A stretch of 63,358 nucleotides of DNA, counting the filler, from Octopus bimaculoides (lineage: Eukaryota), in NCBI RefSeq assembly GCF_001194135.2. It is 5 parts of 5 records of this genome, joined end to end, with 100 filler letters (N's around TTAATTAATTAA, not from the genome) between each part and the next. Parts side by side here need not be neighbours in the genome. Positions count along the whole stretch, not along the records: positions 5,309 to 25,166 come from NC_069009.1; 4 more parts are not named here. One strand, written 5' to 3'. A program made the translations under genes and the position numbers. This document shows positions 11,676-23,714 of the stretch, one piece after another; the stretch's first letter is position 1, and each line of letters begins with the position of its first letter. Under the pieces are notes generated by a model. It saw nothing but the letters and a program-made list of their open reading frames with translations. It was not told the DNA's origin and searched no databases.

Positions 11676-13549
11676 GATAATGGTTCATTTTTAAACATTT
11701 AAGCCGGCTGAAATATCGGCACACAACCTAATTTTGTTATTTGCCCTTTTTTTTTACATACAATCGGAGCTGCCCATTACGCGTTATCCACTTTTTCAAA
11801 AATTTCGTTATTTTTTTCAAGCTATCCATCTCATTGTCCACTAGCGTTATTGCCACAAAAGTCACTTTCCGATCAAATTTGAACACAGGTGTAACGTTAT
11901 CATCTAATTCAAAACACTCTTCAGTCTTTGTGCATAGACCTAGTTTGTCCGAGGGTAATTGCAGAAACATTCTAAAAACTTTTTCTTTTTAACTCTTCAG
12001 ACGAATTTGTTTACGATTATACAATAGAGATTTATGGGGAGGTCCCATAAATCGAATAATTCTAACCAATCGATACTAAAGAGATTGGTTGCCTTCCTTA
12101 TGATGAAAACTTTAGCCTTTCATGTTTACCTTTGAAATGTGATATTAGTTCACATTTCGCCTATGAAATATAATTTGTCGCCCGTCACGCTAGGAGCAGA
12201 TTTCGCTGTATTTCTCAATATAGTTTTCCCTATTTTCTTCCATGTGTCCATATTTATTATTGAGACATCACCTCCAGTATCCATTTGAAGTTAAATATCT
12301 ATTCCATTTATTTTTACGTGTACGAATTTTCTTATTTAGTAGTCAATTTTTTTTTCTGCTGAGAGCACTCAAGTATTTTTAACCTTTAACTTTCGTAGTG
12401 TGAACTCTTGTGACCAATTCTTTTATAGCTGTAAGATTGTTCATTTTTAAATGGACAGTCTTTTTTAAAATCTGTGTCTCCGCATACATAAAGTGGATCA
12501 GGATGAGGCGCTCTTTTTGAGCTGTAATTTTCCGGTCGGCATGTGTATTTTTGAGAAATCCTTTTCTTGAATCTTTTTTACATCGTGTTTGACGTTTACC
12601 TTCCTTTGACATTCTTATGCCATGGACTTTAAGGTTAGATCTTGGTTCATTTGTTTCAATTTGGAAAGAATTCTTGCCCGACTTTCAGCATCTTCACTTG
12701 CTGTAAGGTCTTCTACGAAAATAAGACGCACTTCTCAGGTATGTGTTCTTTGAGTTTAAAACTTTCACACAACCTGTTAATTGTTTCTGCGTATCTGATA
12801 AAATCGTCATTCGCTTTTTCGTTATACTCCCCCACTCCATTCGAGTGTTAAGTAGAGACGTTTTATCACCGAATATCTTAGTAATTCTTTTGTTTCTTTA
12901 TAACAAATTTCAATGGGTTTGGAGGACAATATGAATTACAGTAACGTCCAACGGAGCTAATTTTCGCAATAACAATCTCACTTTTTGTTCGTCCGACCAC
13001 GAATTGAAATCTTGCTTAAAAATCTCCTGGCACCTTGTGTAGAACGATGCAAAAGTTATACCTTCCACTTGGTTATAACTGGATCGATTTGGAAACGCCG
13101 TCTGGCGAAAATATACTTACCTCATTTATGGACTCCTTGAACATATCTCCAATAATTGTTGTTGTTGTAATAGTTGCTTCTGCAATTCCTGCTGCTGCTC
13201 TTGTTGCTTTTGCAACTGTACTATGGAATACAATAGGTCTTCCAATTTTTAACTATTTTGTATCACAAACATTTGTTAACAGACATGCGTCAGCTTCGAA
13301 ATCCCCGTCGCCAGATGTTGCAATGATCCGTCTGGTGATGGTTTTATTGTATTTTTTCTGCGTCACCATGTTCCACATTTTGCCCATTTCTATTTCAAGC
13401 TTTTTATTCTTGCTCAGCTTTTTGGTAGGATTTGACAGGTGCATTTATGTTGATTGGGACAGTCATGTCGATGAGGTGGCAGGATCTTTGTCTCAGATCC
13501 TTCAGTATAATATCAAAAGACAAGTGAGAAATTCAAATTGGTGTTATCA

Positions 13550-13560
13550 CTGGGGTGCCA
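13550..13560 (-). other. Primer-binding site of the Gypsy element (tRNA-Arg(CCU)-like)
   Basis: Minus strand TGGCACCCCAG lies between putative 5' LTR remnant and gag, and is complementary to the 3' end (CTGGGGTG-CCA) of animal tRNA-Arg(CCT) as recalled from vertebrate sequences. Confidence 0.55.
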
Positions 13561-13702
13561 TATATATGGTTTTGTACAGAGAATTGTTGTATTGAATGTC
13601 ACTCAAAACATAAATAAATTAGAAGTTTGTTTTAGATGTAATTTTATTGTAAGATGTTTGATAATAAAATAGCTGATGTTAAGACGATAGTAAAATGCGC
13701 TT

Positions 13703-14545
13703 GTTATTATTCAGTAGTCTAATTTTTTTACTTCCTTTCACTTCACTACCAAGAACAGCTCTGTGTCGATTGGGTTTGTGCTGTGGTTTGTTGTGGTGCA
13801 CTTAGTTTCACTGTATTGAATATCTTTTACATAGGTTGTTTGAGCTACTAGTAGTCAGTCCTATTTTCTGTGTTTTGCATATATTTGTAAATCCTGGTTT
13901 GTTTGTTATACACTTGTCAGAATGTTTTTTTTTTTGTCATACCTAAAGGGCCTAATATTGTATCTGTTTTTAGACTGCACATTCGAGTTACTTCTATTTT
14001 CAGATCTTTGTATTTTTAAAGCTTTTCCGTTTCTTTGAGAGAAGCATTGTCATCTGTTGGTATTGATACGCCGATTAGAAAGCATTTTTCGCTTGGCGAT
14101 CTTTGATAACTATATCCGGCAATTGTCCTAATTTCTCTATCTGTGTGTATTGGCATATCCCAGAGTATAGTTGCTTTCTCGTTTTCTGTGACCTTTACTG
14201 GAGTGTGCCTATACCATCTTTTTTCTGTTGTTTTCCATATTGTTCCAGTGTTTTTATGTCTCAACTCTGTCATGTCTGTGTATATATGCCTTCTTAGCCA
14301 GGACTAGGTAGCCAGAAACAGTATGATTTATTGATTCTTCTCTATCACCATATATTCTGCAGTTAATTTTTGTATTTCTTTTCATTACGTGTTCTTGGTG
14401 ATTTCTGGCTTTGATCTTGTGCTGCAATTAAAAACCCTTCAGTTTCTGGTTTGAGTCCTGACATTCTTAGTTATTCTTGGGATTTTGTTTTGTCAATTTC
14501 TTTTCTGTCTGGCTTAACCCAATATTTGCCATGTAGTGGCCTTTC
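13703..14545 (-). mobile_element. R4/Dong-like non-LTR retrotransposon 3' fragment (CCHC plus restriction-like endonuclease)
   Basis: LKPETEGFLIAAQDQ, ENEKATILWDMPIHTDREI, IGVSIPTDDNASLKETEKLSKYKDL. The 3' end runs into AATAATAAC and the 5' end abuts (ATT/AAT)n. Confidence 0.85.
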
Positions 14546-14556
14546 TTGTCATCGTA

Positions 14557-14572
14557 TATTATTATTATTATT

Positions 14573-14619
<47 letters not shown>

Positions 14620-14693
14620 ATTATTATTATTTTTTATTATTATTATCATCATCATCATTACTACTACTACTACTACTACTACTNNNNNNNNNN

Positions 14694-14725
<32 letters not shown>
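14557..14725. repeat. Compound trinucleotide microsatellite (ATT/AAT/ATC/ACT)n
   Basis: Visible triplet runs. Confidence 0.95.
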
Positions 14726-14829
14726 TTATTTCTCAGATTCCTTTCGTCACACATTCCACGACCGCTTGAACGACATTTTGCCCCACGTGTCTATTTTTAT
14801 TCTGCCTGTTCCATATTAAATATATATGT

Positions 14830-16080
14830 CTACTTATATGTTATTTTCCTAAGTGGATTGCTTGTCAAGTAGTTTATTCCCCGAACAATCGCACCGATAC
14901 GCCGTTTGGAACGGAACTTCTCAAGTGGTAGCTACATATTTCAGTCATTGATTCCACGTCCTCTGATACTTGTGAGTAATATTTCCAACAAAGCAGATGT
15001 CTTGTTTTGACAAATGAAAGTCGATGGTTGCGTCAAAAGCTTTATGGTAGCATCCAGAAGCAAGTTGGATCTTCTCATACATCTTCCTTATGACATCAGT
15101 GTCAGAATTCATCTGAATGTTTGCAAAAAGATTTTCCTAGTAAGTGTTGGTACATCTTCGTTCCTCAAATTGAAGCGTGGATTTTACAGCACGTAACCAC
15201 CGATCGGAAATCGAAGCAGACACTCTTTAACGGCCCATCTATCGTCTCATCGTCCAAGTATCAGGCGTTTAATTCAGTCGTGATGCTCCGTGCAATGCTG
15301 TCTACCTTCAGAACTACTAGACGGGACTCGTGGATCACCTTGTTGAACAACATTCGAAGTTTGTATGACATTATCTGAGGTGAGACTATGCTCGGATCCC
15401 CGTACAACAGGTAAAGCAGTAGTCAAGCAGACCGAGCACGCCTGAGGCAGGCCTAGAGCAGGCTTTGTAATGAGATGCTTGAAATCGCTCGATGTGACCT
15501 CAAGAGGACAGCCATTGAAGAACTTGCTAGCGGCATTCATTGCTCTCTAGTACCTGCTGGCTACACCTAACCCCAGCTGTACCGGACTGAGACCTTCAGC
15601 AAATTCGGGTGTGACAGATCTGCAGATAGTTTTGGCCGTGAACACCCAAAACACATTTTCACAAAGATAGGGCATATGTCACCGTCCTTTTACCTGAGAA
15701 CAATTAAGCGGGCTGAAGAAAAAGGTCTTAGAACTAATGGTCTATGGTTATGTGTCTGGATATGGTAATGAATACCGCAATTGCATTCAACAGCCAGTAC
15801 TCGGCTACGTCAGAAAGTGGGCACAGTAGATCATCTGGTGTGGTCTTGTCGGACACCTCCGCTTCTTTTTTCAGGGAAAGACCTCAAGCCAGAGAGGATA
15901 TCTTGCTGTGAGACACGTATGGTACCTGAAGGCCGGGTGCCTGGATGTTTGAGTAGGAAAAACGTCAGGACCTCTTCAGTAAGGTAGAGAATGGTAACAT
16001 CTGGGCAACTACCCTGAGAGCAGCCGAAACATCACCATCGGTCAGTTTGGCGTTTACTCGGACGCGTAAATGCTTTAAAT
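14830..16080 (-). mobile_element. CRE/SLACS-like non-LTR retrotransposon RT fragment
   Basis: ILSGLRSFP, SARLI..KDGDI.PI, LSPVQLGLGVA, VQQGDP, ELNA*YLDDETIDGPL, typical of CRE-clade RT domains; frameshifted. Confidence 0.7.
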
Positions 16081-16668
16081 CGGCTGCAATTCTAAAAGGA
16101 ATTAATGCTAAATTTTATAGTTTTTAAAATAAGAAATGACTTTCCACAAGGACTCCTAAAATAATTGAAAATATAAAAATGGAAATAAAATTAATGATAT
16201 ATCGACGGCCATCTTAGCAGCTTTATTAAAAAACGGAAAACGATATATTAATATCTTGAGGCCGAAAAGACTTACGCTGTCACGGGGTTAGCTGCAAGGG
16301 AACACCAAGAGAGAGAGAGAGAGAGAGAGAGAAAATAAGAGAGAGAAAACAAGAGAGAGAGTGGGAGAGGGCGAGATATAGAGAGGGAGAAAGAGGGAGA
16401 ATATAAATCGATAAATACACATTACTGTGACTAACAAGAAATAGCACTTTAAGATTCAAATTTTTATATCTTCTATCTGTCAGTCGGTTTATCTATCCAC
16501 ACTAACATAGATTATTGGACGGATGATAAGATGATAAATTTAACATGGATAGAAAGATAGATTTTTTTAAGAAAAATGAAATAATTTATCAAAATAGCTT
16601 TGGGTGTTGTTGTTGTTGTTGTTGTGGTTCTTCTTCTTCTTCTTCTTCTTCTTCTTCTTCTTCTTCTT

Positions 16669-16699
<31 letters not shown>

Positions 16700-16717
16700 T
16701 TATTATTATTATTATTA

Positions 16718-17095
16718 TTGAGTGAGAGAACAGCGCATGCCATCAAAGTGACACTAGGGTAAAATATACGAAGCTCACTATGCCCATCATGATCATGACT
16801 ACCCGTTTGATAAGGGTACACCAAGCACATGCATCACAACCATATGTGCGCGACATGGTGATCTCATTTCATGATAAACAGCGCATGACCTCGCATGTAG
16901 GGCCCAGTTAGAATTTCCTTCAGGTCGAGTAGCCCATCCCGCTCAGAGGTCCCTGAATAAGGTTTGTTTAATGATGTTGAGCAAAACACCCATGTTTCCA
17001 AACGAGAATTATTCAAACCCCAAATAATTCCTCTCAACACATGGTTATGATGCTGCTCCCCCACTACTTCTGCTCATGATCATCATCATCATGAT
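16718..17095 (-). repeat. Unidentified complex sequence bounded by trinucleotide arrays, probable retroposon fragment
   Basis: About 380 nt of higher-GC sequence between (AAC/AAG/AAT)n and (GAT/AAT)n. Single copy in this window, so repeat status is inferred. Confidence 0.35.
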
Positions 17096-17100
17096 CATCA

Positions 17101-17212
<112 letters not shown>

Positions 17213-17222
17213 GATTATGATT

Positions 17223-17450
17223 AAGGTGGCGAGCTGGCAGAATAGTTAGCACGCCGGGCGCAATGCTTAGCGGTACTTCGTCTGCTGTTACGTTCTGAGT
17301 TCAAATTCCGCCGAGGTCGACTTTGCCTTTTATCCTTTCGGGGTCGATTAAATAAGTACCAGTTACGCACTGGGGTTGATGTAATCGACTTAATCCGTTT
17401 GTCTGTCCCCTCTATGTTTAGCCCCTTGTGGGCAATAAAGAAATAATAAT
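17223..17450 (+). mobile_element. tRNA-derived SINE family A, full length
   Basis: AAGGTGGCGAGCTGGCAGAATAGTTAGC (A-box-like), GAGTTCAAATTCC (B box), body GTCGACTTTGCCTTT.ATCCTTTCGGGGTCGAT; more than 10 copies in the window. Confidence 0.85.
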
Positions 17451-17504
17451 AGTAATAATAGTAATAATAATTATTATTATCATTATTATTAACACTGACT
17501 TTGC

Positions 17505-17785
17505 ACAGTTTTAACACTGGAGATGTACTGCGGTGTCAGCTGTTCACCAGTGAACTCAGGTAACAAGTCTTATTTTCGAGCACCTTCCGGAGTATTCGAG
17601 AGGTTACAAGCAGTGCTGTTTCTGCAAGTTCTCCACCCTTATTTCAGCCCCTATTTCTTCCATGTACTTCTCAAGATTTTTACTCACTGTTCCCTGGGCT
17701 CCAATAATTATTGGTACAGCTACCACCTTTTTCATCGATCACAACTGCTTTACCTCCCAAGCTAATCTGTCATATCTATCGACTA
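17505..17785 (-). mobile_element. R4/Dong-like 3' end fragment within (ATT)n
   Basis: VDRYDRLAWEVKQL*SMKKVVAVPIIIGAQGTVSKNLEKYMEEIG; homologous to 42460-42785. Confidence 0.8.
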
Positions 17786-19446
17786 TTATCATTATTATTA
17801 TTATTATTATTATTATCATTATTAATATTATTATTATTGTTATTATAATTGTAGTAGTTATTATTATTATTTTTAAATTTGATGTTCTAAAGTTGTATTT
17901 TCAGGTAAAAACATCAATAGCATGAAAATTAGTAATTCAACTGAACTGAACTGAAATGAGACGGAAATAAACTTTGCCAGATCGCAAACAACTTGGAGTG
18001 AAGTTTGTCAATGAAAACTATAATAGTGGTGGTGGTGTTGGTAGTGGTGGTCATCGTTAGTGGTAGTGAGTAGTAGTGAGGGAATAATGAAAAGTGTGTG
18101 TATTTTTTTTCACAGAGTTACATTTTTTATATCACCTATTACTTGATGTATGCCATAACTGAAATTATCATCTGCTCGCTGCAGAATTTATATTTACTCA
18201 CAAAATATAGTTGACAGACAATGTACACTAACAAAAGAGGGTATGAGAAGGTAAAGGCAACGACCTAAAGAGAGGCAGAGGGTTGAAACACTAGAACAAG
18301 AAACAACAATGTAGAAGGCAAAATATGAATGATAGAGAATACAGTGAGCATTTGCAAGAGATAAATTGATAATGAGAACGTAAAAATGAACTGTAAACAT
18401 GGTTGAATGTCATAACATTAGTGATATGAATATTTTCTTTAATCCTTGCGAAGCACATAGAGTTATAAAAGAACCTCTGATGTGCATGATTCTTGAATTA
18501 CACTGTTATCCAGAAAACCTGAAAGATGTTCTTAAATGAAAATGATGCAGAATATACAATTTATATAGGAACATTAATTTTAATGGCTCTGTAGGAACTT
18601 ATAAGCATCTGCACAATTTTGTATTTTGCATAGAATTTCCGCAGGTACTGTTAGTTTAGATAAATATATTATAATTATAGAAAACAAAAAAAGAAATCGA
18701 AGTTCTAAAATGAGCAAAAACATAGAATACAAAATAATTTTAGGCTTATTCGACTTCGTCAAAAAACTATTCCTCTGTAGATGAGTTGAAAGTGTTACAA
18801 TTGATACATTAAAAAACAAAATTTAAAAGAGTATTTTTTTCCAGTTTCCAGTATAGTAATTTCGAGTGTTTGAGAACTGGAATAGTATAAAATGACGAAC
18901 AATGTAGACGGAAATGTAAGAAAAGAAGAATCATTCGTTATAATGCAAAGGACAAAATTGAGCATGTAGGTAATAATAAGAAAACTAAAGACAAACAAAT
19001 ACGAGATAATATTAAAACTAAAAAATAAAACTAAATACAAAATGGGAATTCTTAGATGATATATACGCAAAGTACTTACATGTTTTCCCACGAAGCCATA
19101 CAGAAGTCTTCGATACCAAACTGAATAATGAAGCTGTGGACCAGCAATCTATACGCACGTGCGTGTGCGCGCGTGCATTTGTGTCTTTAATGTCAAATGG
19201 GCATTGGTTGGTCATTTGCAGAAAGAGACTCAGGGGAATGTGAGCTAAAGACGACTTCGTTCTTTCTACCTTTCTATTTTCCTGCATTTCTACCTATCTA
19301 TCGTTCTACACACATACATGTGTGTATGCGTGTTTGTGTAAGTGTGTGTGCTGTTTTTGTGTGAGAGAGAGAGATAGACACGGGCACACATATAAACGTA
19401 CGCATGTATAAATATATATATGTATGTATATATGTATATATATGTA

Positions 19447-19492
<46 letters not shown>

Positions 19493-20044
19493 NNNNNNNN
19501 NNNNNNNNNNNNNNNNNNNNNNNNNNNNNNNNNNNNNNNNNNNNNNNNNNNNNNNNNNNNNNNNNNNNNNNNNNNNNNNNNNNNNNNNNNNNNNNNNNNN
19601 NNNNNNNNNNNNNNNNNNNNNNNNNNNNNNNNNNNNNNNNNNNNNNNNNNNNNNNNNNNNNNNNNNNNNNNNNNNNNNNNNNNNNNNNNNNNNNNNNNNN
19701 NNNNNNNNNNNNNNNNNNNNNNNNNNNNNNNNNNNNNNNNNNNNNNNNNNNNNNNNNNNNNNNNNNNNNNNNNNNNNNNNNNNNNNNNNNNNNNNNNNNN
19801 NNNNNNNNNNNNNNNNNNNNNNNNNNNNNNNNNNNNNNNNNNNNNNNNNNNNNNNNNNNNNNNNNNNNNNNNNNNNNNNNNNNNNNNNNNNNNNNNNNNN
19901 NNNNNNNNNNNNNNNNNNNNNNNNNNNNNNNNNNNNNNNNNNNNNNNNNNNNNNNNNNNNNNNNNNNNNNNNNNNNNNNNNNNNNNNNNNNNNNNNNNNN
20001 NNNNNNNNNNNNNNNNNNNNNNNNNNNNNNNNNNNNNNNNNNNN

Positions 20045-23000
20045 CTTTTTTGGGGAAGAAATCTATGTGATTTTAAATTGGAAGAGGGCTCCTTCATACT
20101 AGATAACCGAGAGCGGTGTGGAAAGGGGCTCATTGGATCAAAAAGTATCGTTTGTAGCAGATCAATACCCTATACTGAAGATTCCTGTGTGAGAATTCCT
20201 CCTCACAACACCTCCTAAGACTCTGGAAACAAGACTATGAACATTCAGAACTGATATCTCTTCAACGATGGGCAAAGTGCGAGATGTGGTTCCTTAAATA
20301 TGAAGAGGAATTTAAAAAAAAGACTACTTCATCATCAAAAATCAGAACAAAACAATAAACCCTACAGAAAGAATCAAACCATTAAACACAACACACGTAA
20401 CCCACGAACACAATTCCCTCCAAACCAGAACAAATACATCCAGCTAGAATCGAAGAAAAACCAAAACCAACCACAACACAAACATTCCCCAATTTTCTCC
20501 CACAAATCCAAATCCAGAAATAACATACACTCACCTTGTGACACAAACACCGTAAAGTTTGGAAGAGGTATTCCTAGGTCCCTGAAGGATACATCAGGTC
20601 CCTTAATAAAATATAACCAGAACAAATGCCCCAACCGGAACCACAATCAACAACATAAACACAATGGTCCTTGGAAGAGACCCACATAAACTCCCAAGAC
20701 CACTCAGACCCCTAGCAGGACCTCAACATGATAACAACTACAACAGACCCCTTTTGTCAACACCCTCACTATCATAAACGACCCTATAGCCCACTCAAAA
20801 CAGACCGACAACAAATGTCAACCACACTCAAAGTAACATTCGTTTTATAGCAAAAGGACAAAAATACCAGAACACACGTTGCCCCCCGCCACGTGAAACC
20901 AGAGGTAATTAATATTTCCCCAAAATACATTAACTGACACTCAAATAGGAATTCTAAGTAAAGGTCTGAAGCTTACACCCACACCACTAAAAACAAACTA
21001 CTCCGAACTGACAAATGACATTGCGGAATTCTGCCGAAAGCTCAGGCTGGGCGAATACTCCACCAACATCTCTAAGGATGAGGATAAATCATTAGCCAGA
21101 AACAAAAACATTTTTTGCCCAAATAATGGCTTAGATAATGAAAATGGTTTCCTACTGCGAATGCATTATGAACTTCTTAAAAAACACTGAACATAGAAAC
21201 ATTAAATCAAACTTTACAAAGCATGAATGGAAGAACCTACTAGACTTACAACAAAATACGGATGTAACTATCAAAAGAACTGATAAAGGGAACACTGTTG
21301 CCATCATGAACACAAACTACTATAAAGACCTAGCACAATGCTAGAGAACAATAACTATTAGGAAAAAACAACCAACAGCAAAAAATCAAAAAATAATGGA
21401 ACACTTCAAAATTCTTTTAAAGAAGTATCACAAAGGTTTAACCAGCAAAGAAATTGTCTATATATGTCACTCCAAATGCAAAACGAGCAACTTTTACGGT
21501 TTACCCAAAAATCTATAAATGCAAAAAGACAAGTGACGCCTGTAAATCGTCAGCAAAAATGCATACAGATAACATCTTCAGGTGATCTAAAATTGAGACT
21601 AATCATAGCAGGCCCGACATGTGAAACACACAGACTCAGCAACTTCTTGGATATCCTCTTAAAATCCTTCCATACAATCCAATACTGGTGAGGCACTCAC
21701 CAGTCTGAACTTCCAGCATGCAAAGAAAAAGTATTTATCAACGATGGGCTCAGATTCATACTTGAAAACAGCTGTTTTAACCTCAATATTTCGTATTACC
21801 GCCAAACATCAGAAACAGCGATGGGAACGAAAGTAACCCTCAAGTACGCAAAATTAGTCGTGGGATTGCATGAACAAAAGATCTAGAACCAATCTCTTTT
21901 AAATGTTCAGTGAACGTATCATACACAACTCAGAAGCAATTGGAAAAAGAGACCTAGACGATTGTTTTATCTTACAGCAGGAAAAATTTGACAAGCTAAT
22001 TGAATTTAAAAACATGTTAAACAAATCGAACCGTAACGTCCAATTTACAATGAAGTTTAACCCCAAAAAGCTCGCCTATTTGGATATCCTAATTACAAAC
22101 TAAGAACAGAAACGGACATATTCTACACACTGACTGACTGGAAACAGCACTTTCGTTTTACATTATGTCCACCAAAGCAAACGAAACTCAACATCTCTTA
22201 AACTTGGCAAAACGAACTTGTACCATAGTATCAGAACCATCCAAACGTGAACAAAGAATAGAGGAACTTAAGGACACACTAATCCAAAGTGACTTGTCTC
22301 CTAGGACAATCGCCAACGGAATAAACAAAGCAGAACAAATGGATAACAATGAACTTAGGAAAACAAAAACAAAAAAGAAAAAGAAAAGAAAAAAAGGTCT
22401 TACCATATGTGTCAACCGTCAGTCCGAAATATTTGATCACATCTACAAAAACATCCTCAGTTTGCAGATGAAAAAATGAAAAAAATCTTAGAAGAAAAAC
22501 AGATCAAAAACAAAAGGCAGGCCAAAACACAAATTTTATTCTCACTGGAGCAAAAACGCACAAAGAAACCCCCAACACAACTGTCACAAAATGAGGAAGA
22601 ACAAACTGCCACACTGGCCGTTACCTAATTGAGGGAACAGAATTTAAATTCAAGTACAGCCAAACCTTCAAAGTTAAATGCAATCTCACCTCCCACAGGG
22701 AAAAAAAACGTACGTAATCACATTCAATGGTTGCCATCATAATTACATAGGTCAGACGGGCGGGTCGTTACGCAACAGAGGGACGACCCATCGCCAACAG
22801 ATCCGAGACAAAAACACAAGAAAAAATTCCTCTAAGAAGTCACATTGCAACCTATGCAGGAAAGTACTTACCCAACTTCAAAATCTTTCTCCTTTACAAG
22901 TGCTCATATTCTTTCAACAAGCAACAAAGACTATATAAAGGCAATTTATTAACAAGTGTAAAACACAAAGAAATATAGAACCAACCACTACCAACCAATA

Positions 23001-23120
23001 AATAAGAACGGACACTTAAAGCAATTTCATACACACTGTTGTTTTGGAAAACATCTCCCATAAGTTCTTAAATCTTTTTTCCAATAACTAACTTGCTTAC
23101 CAGGAGGTTGATATATATNN
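20045..23120 (+). mobile_element. Penelope-like element (Neptune-like), near full length, decayed RT plus GIY-YIG
   Basis: ILSKGLKLTPTP, TIKRTDKGNTVAIMN, RLIIAGPTCETHRLSNFLDILLK, YYRQTSETAMGTK, RDLDDCFI, LAYLDILI, a Cys-linker remnant (K*GRTNCHTGRY), and YVITFNGCHHNYIGQTGGSLRNR. Many frameshifts. Confidence 0.9.
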
Positions 23121-23714
23121 NNNNNNNNNNNNNNNNNNNNNNNNNNNNNNNNNNNNNNNNNNNNNNNNNNNNNNNNNNNNNNNNNNNNNNNNNNNNNNNN
23201 NNNNNNNNNNNNNNNNNNNNNNNNNNNNNNNNNNNNNNNNNNNNNNNNNNNNNNNNNNNNNNNNNNNNNNNNNNNNNNNNNNNNNNNNNNNNNNNNNNNN
23301 NNNNNNNNNNNNNNNNNNNNNNNNNNNNNNNNNNNNNNNNNNNNNNNNNNNNNNNNNNNNNNNNNNNNNNNNNNNNNNNNNNNNNNNNNNNNNNNNNNNN
23401 NNNNNNNNNNNNNNNNNNNNNNNNNNNNNNNNNNNNNNNNNNNNNNNNNNNNNNNNNNNNNNNNNNNNNNNNNNNNNNNNNNNNNNNNNNNNNNNNNNNN
23501 NNNNNNNNNNNNNNNNNNNNNNNNNNNNNNNNNNNNNNNNNNNNNNNNNNNNNNNNNNNNNNNNNNNNNNNNNNNNNNNNNNNNNNNNNNNNNNNNNNNN
23601 NNNNNNNNNNNNNNNNNNNNNNNNNNNNNNNNNNNNNNNNNNNNNNNNNNNNNNNNNNNNNNNNNNNNNNNNNNNNNNNNNNNNNNNNNNNNNNNNNNNN
23701 NNNNNNNNNNNNNG

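Larger units (their letters stand above)
9445..12300 (-). pseudogene. pol: Gypsy pol pseudogene (protease, RT, RNase H, integrase)
   Basis: ORF fragments 11737-11970, 10941-11177, 10740-10925 and 9673-10089 are collinear pieces of a Gypsy pol. Confidence 0.85.
9445..13703 (-). mobile_element. Ty3/Gypsy LTR retrotransposon (Mag-like), decayed; gag-PR-RT-RH-IN order
   Basis: RT motifs NTHRGTYKYNRLPFELKVAPTIFQ and YLDDMLI, then YLGQII..RHPDPSRADAIKNM. Integrase MKALMRSFVYWPAMDRDIE, SDNGTQ, QPRSNGQAERFVDTFKR. Gag-like remnants at 12380-13450. Many stops and frameshifts; no 3' LTR seen. Confidence 0.9.

Noticed and set aside
13035-13595. 186-aa plus-strand ORF that looks like a membrane protein
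   Set aside because: It is antisense to the Gypsy gag and leader region; its hydrophobicity reflects the A-rich sense strand.
22592-22594. In-frame TGA at an expected Cys position of the Neptune-like linker (possible selenocysteine recoding)
   Set aside because: This copy has many other stops and frameshifts, another Cys of the motif is also mutated, and no SECIS was recognised. Ordinary decay is the simpler explanation.
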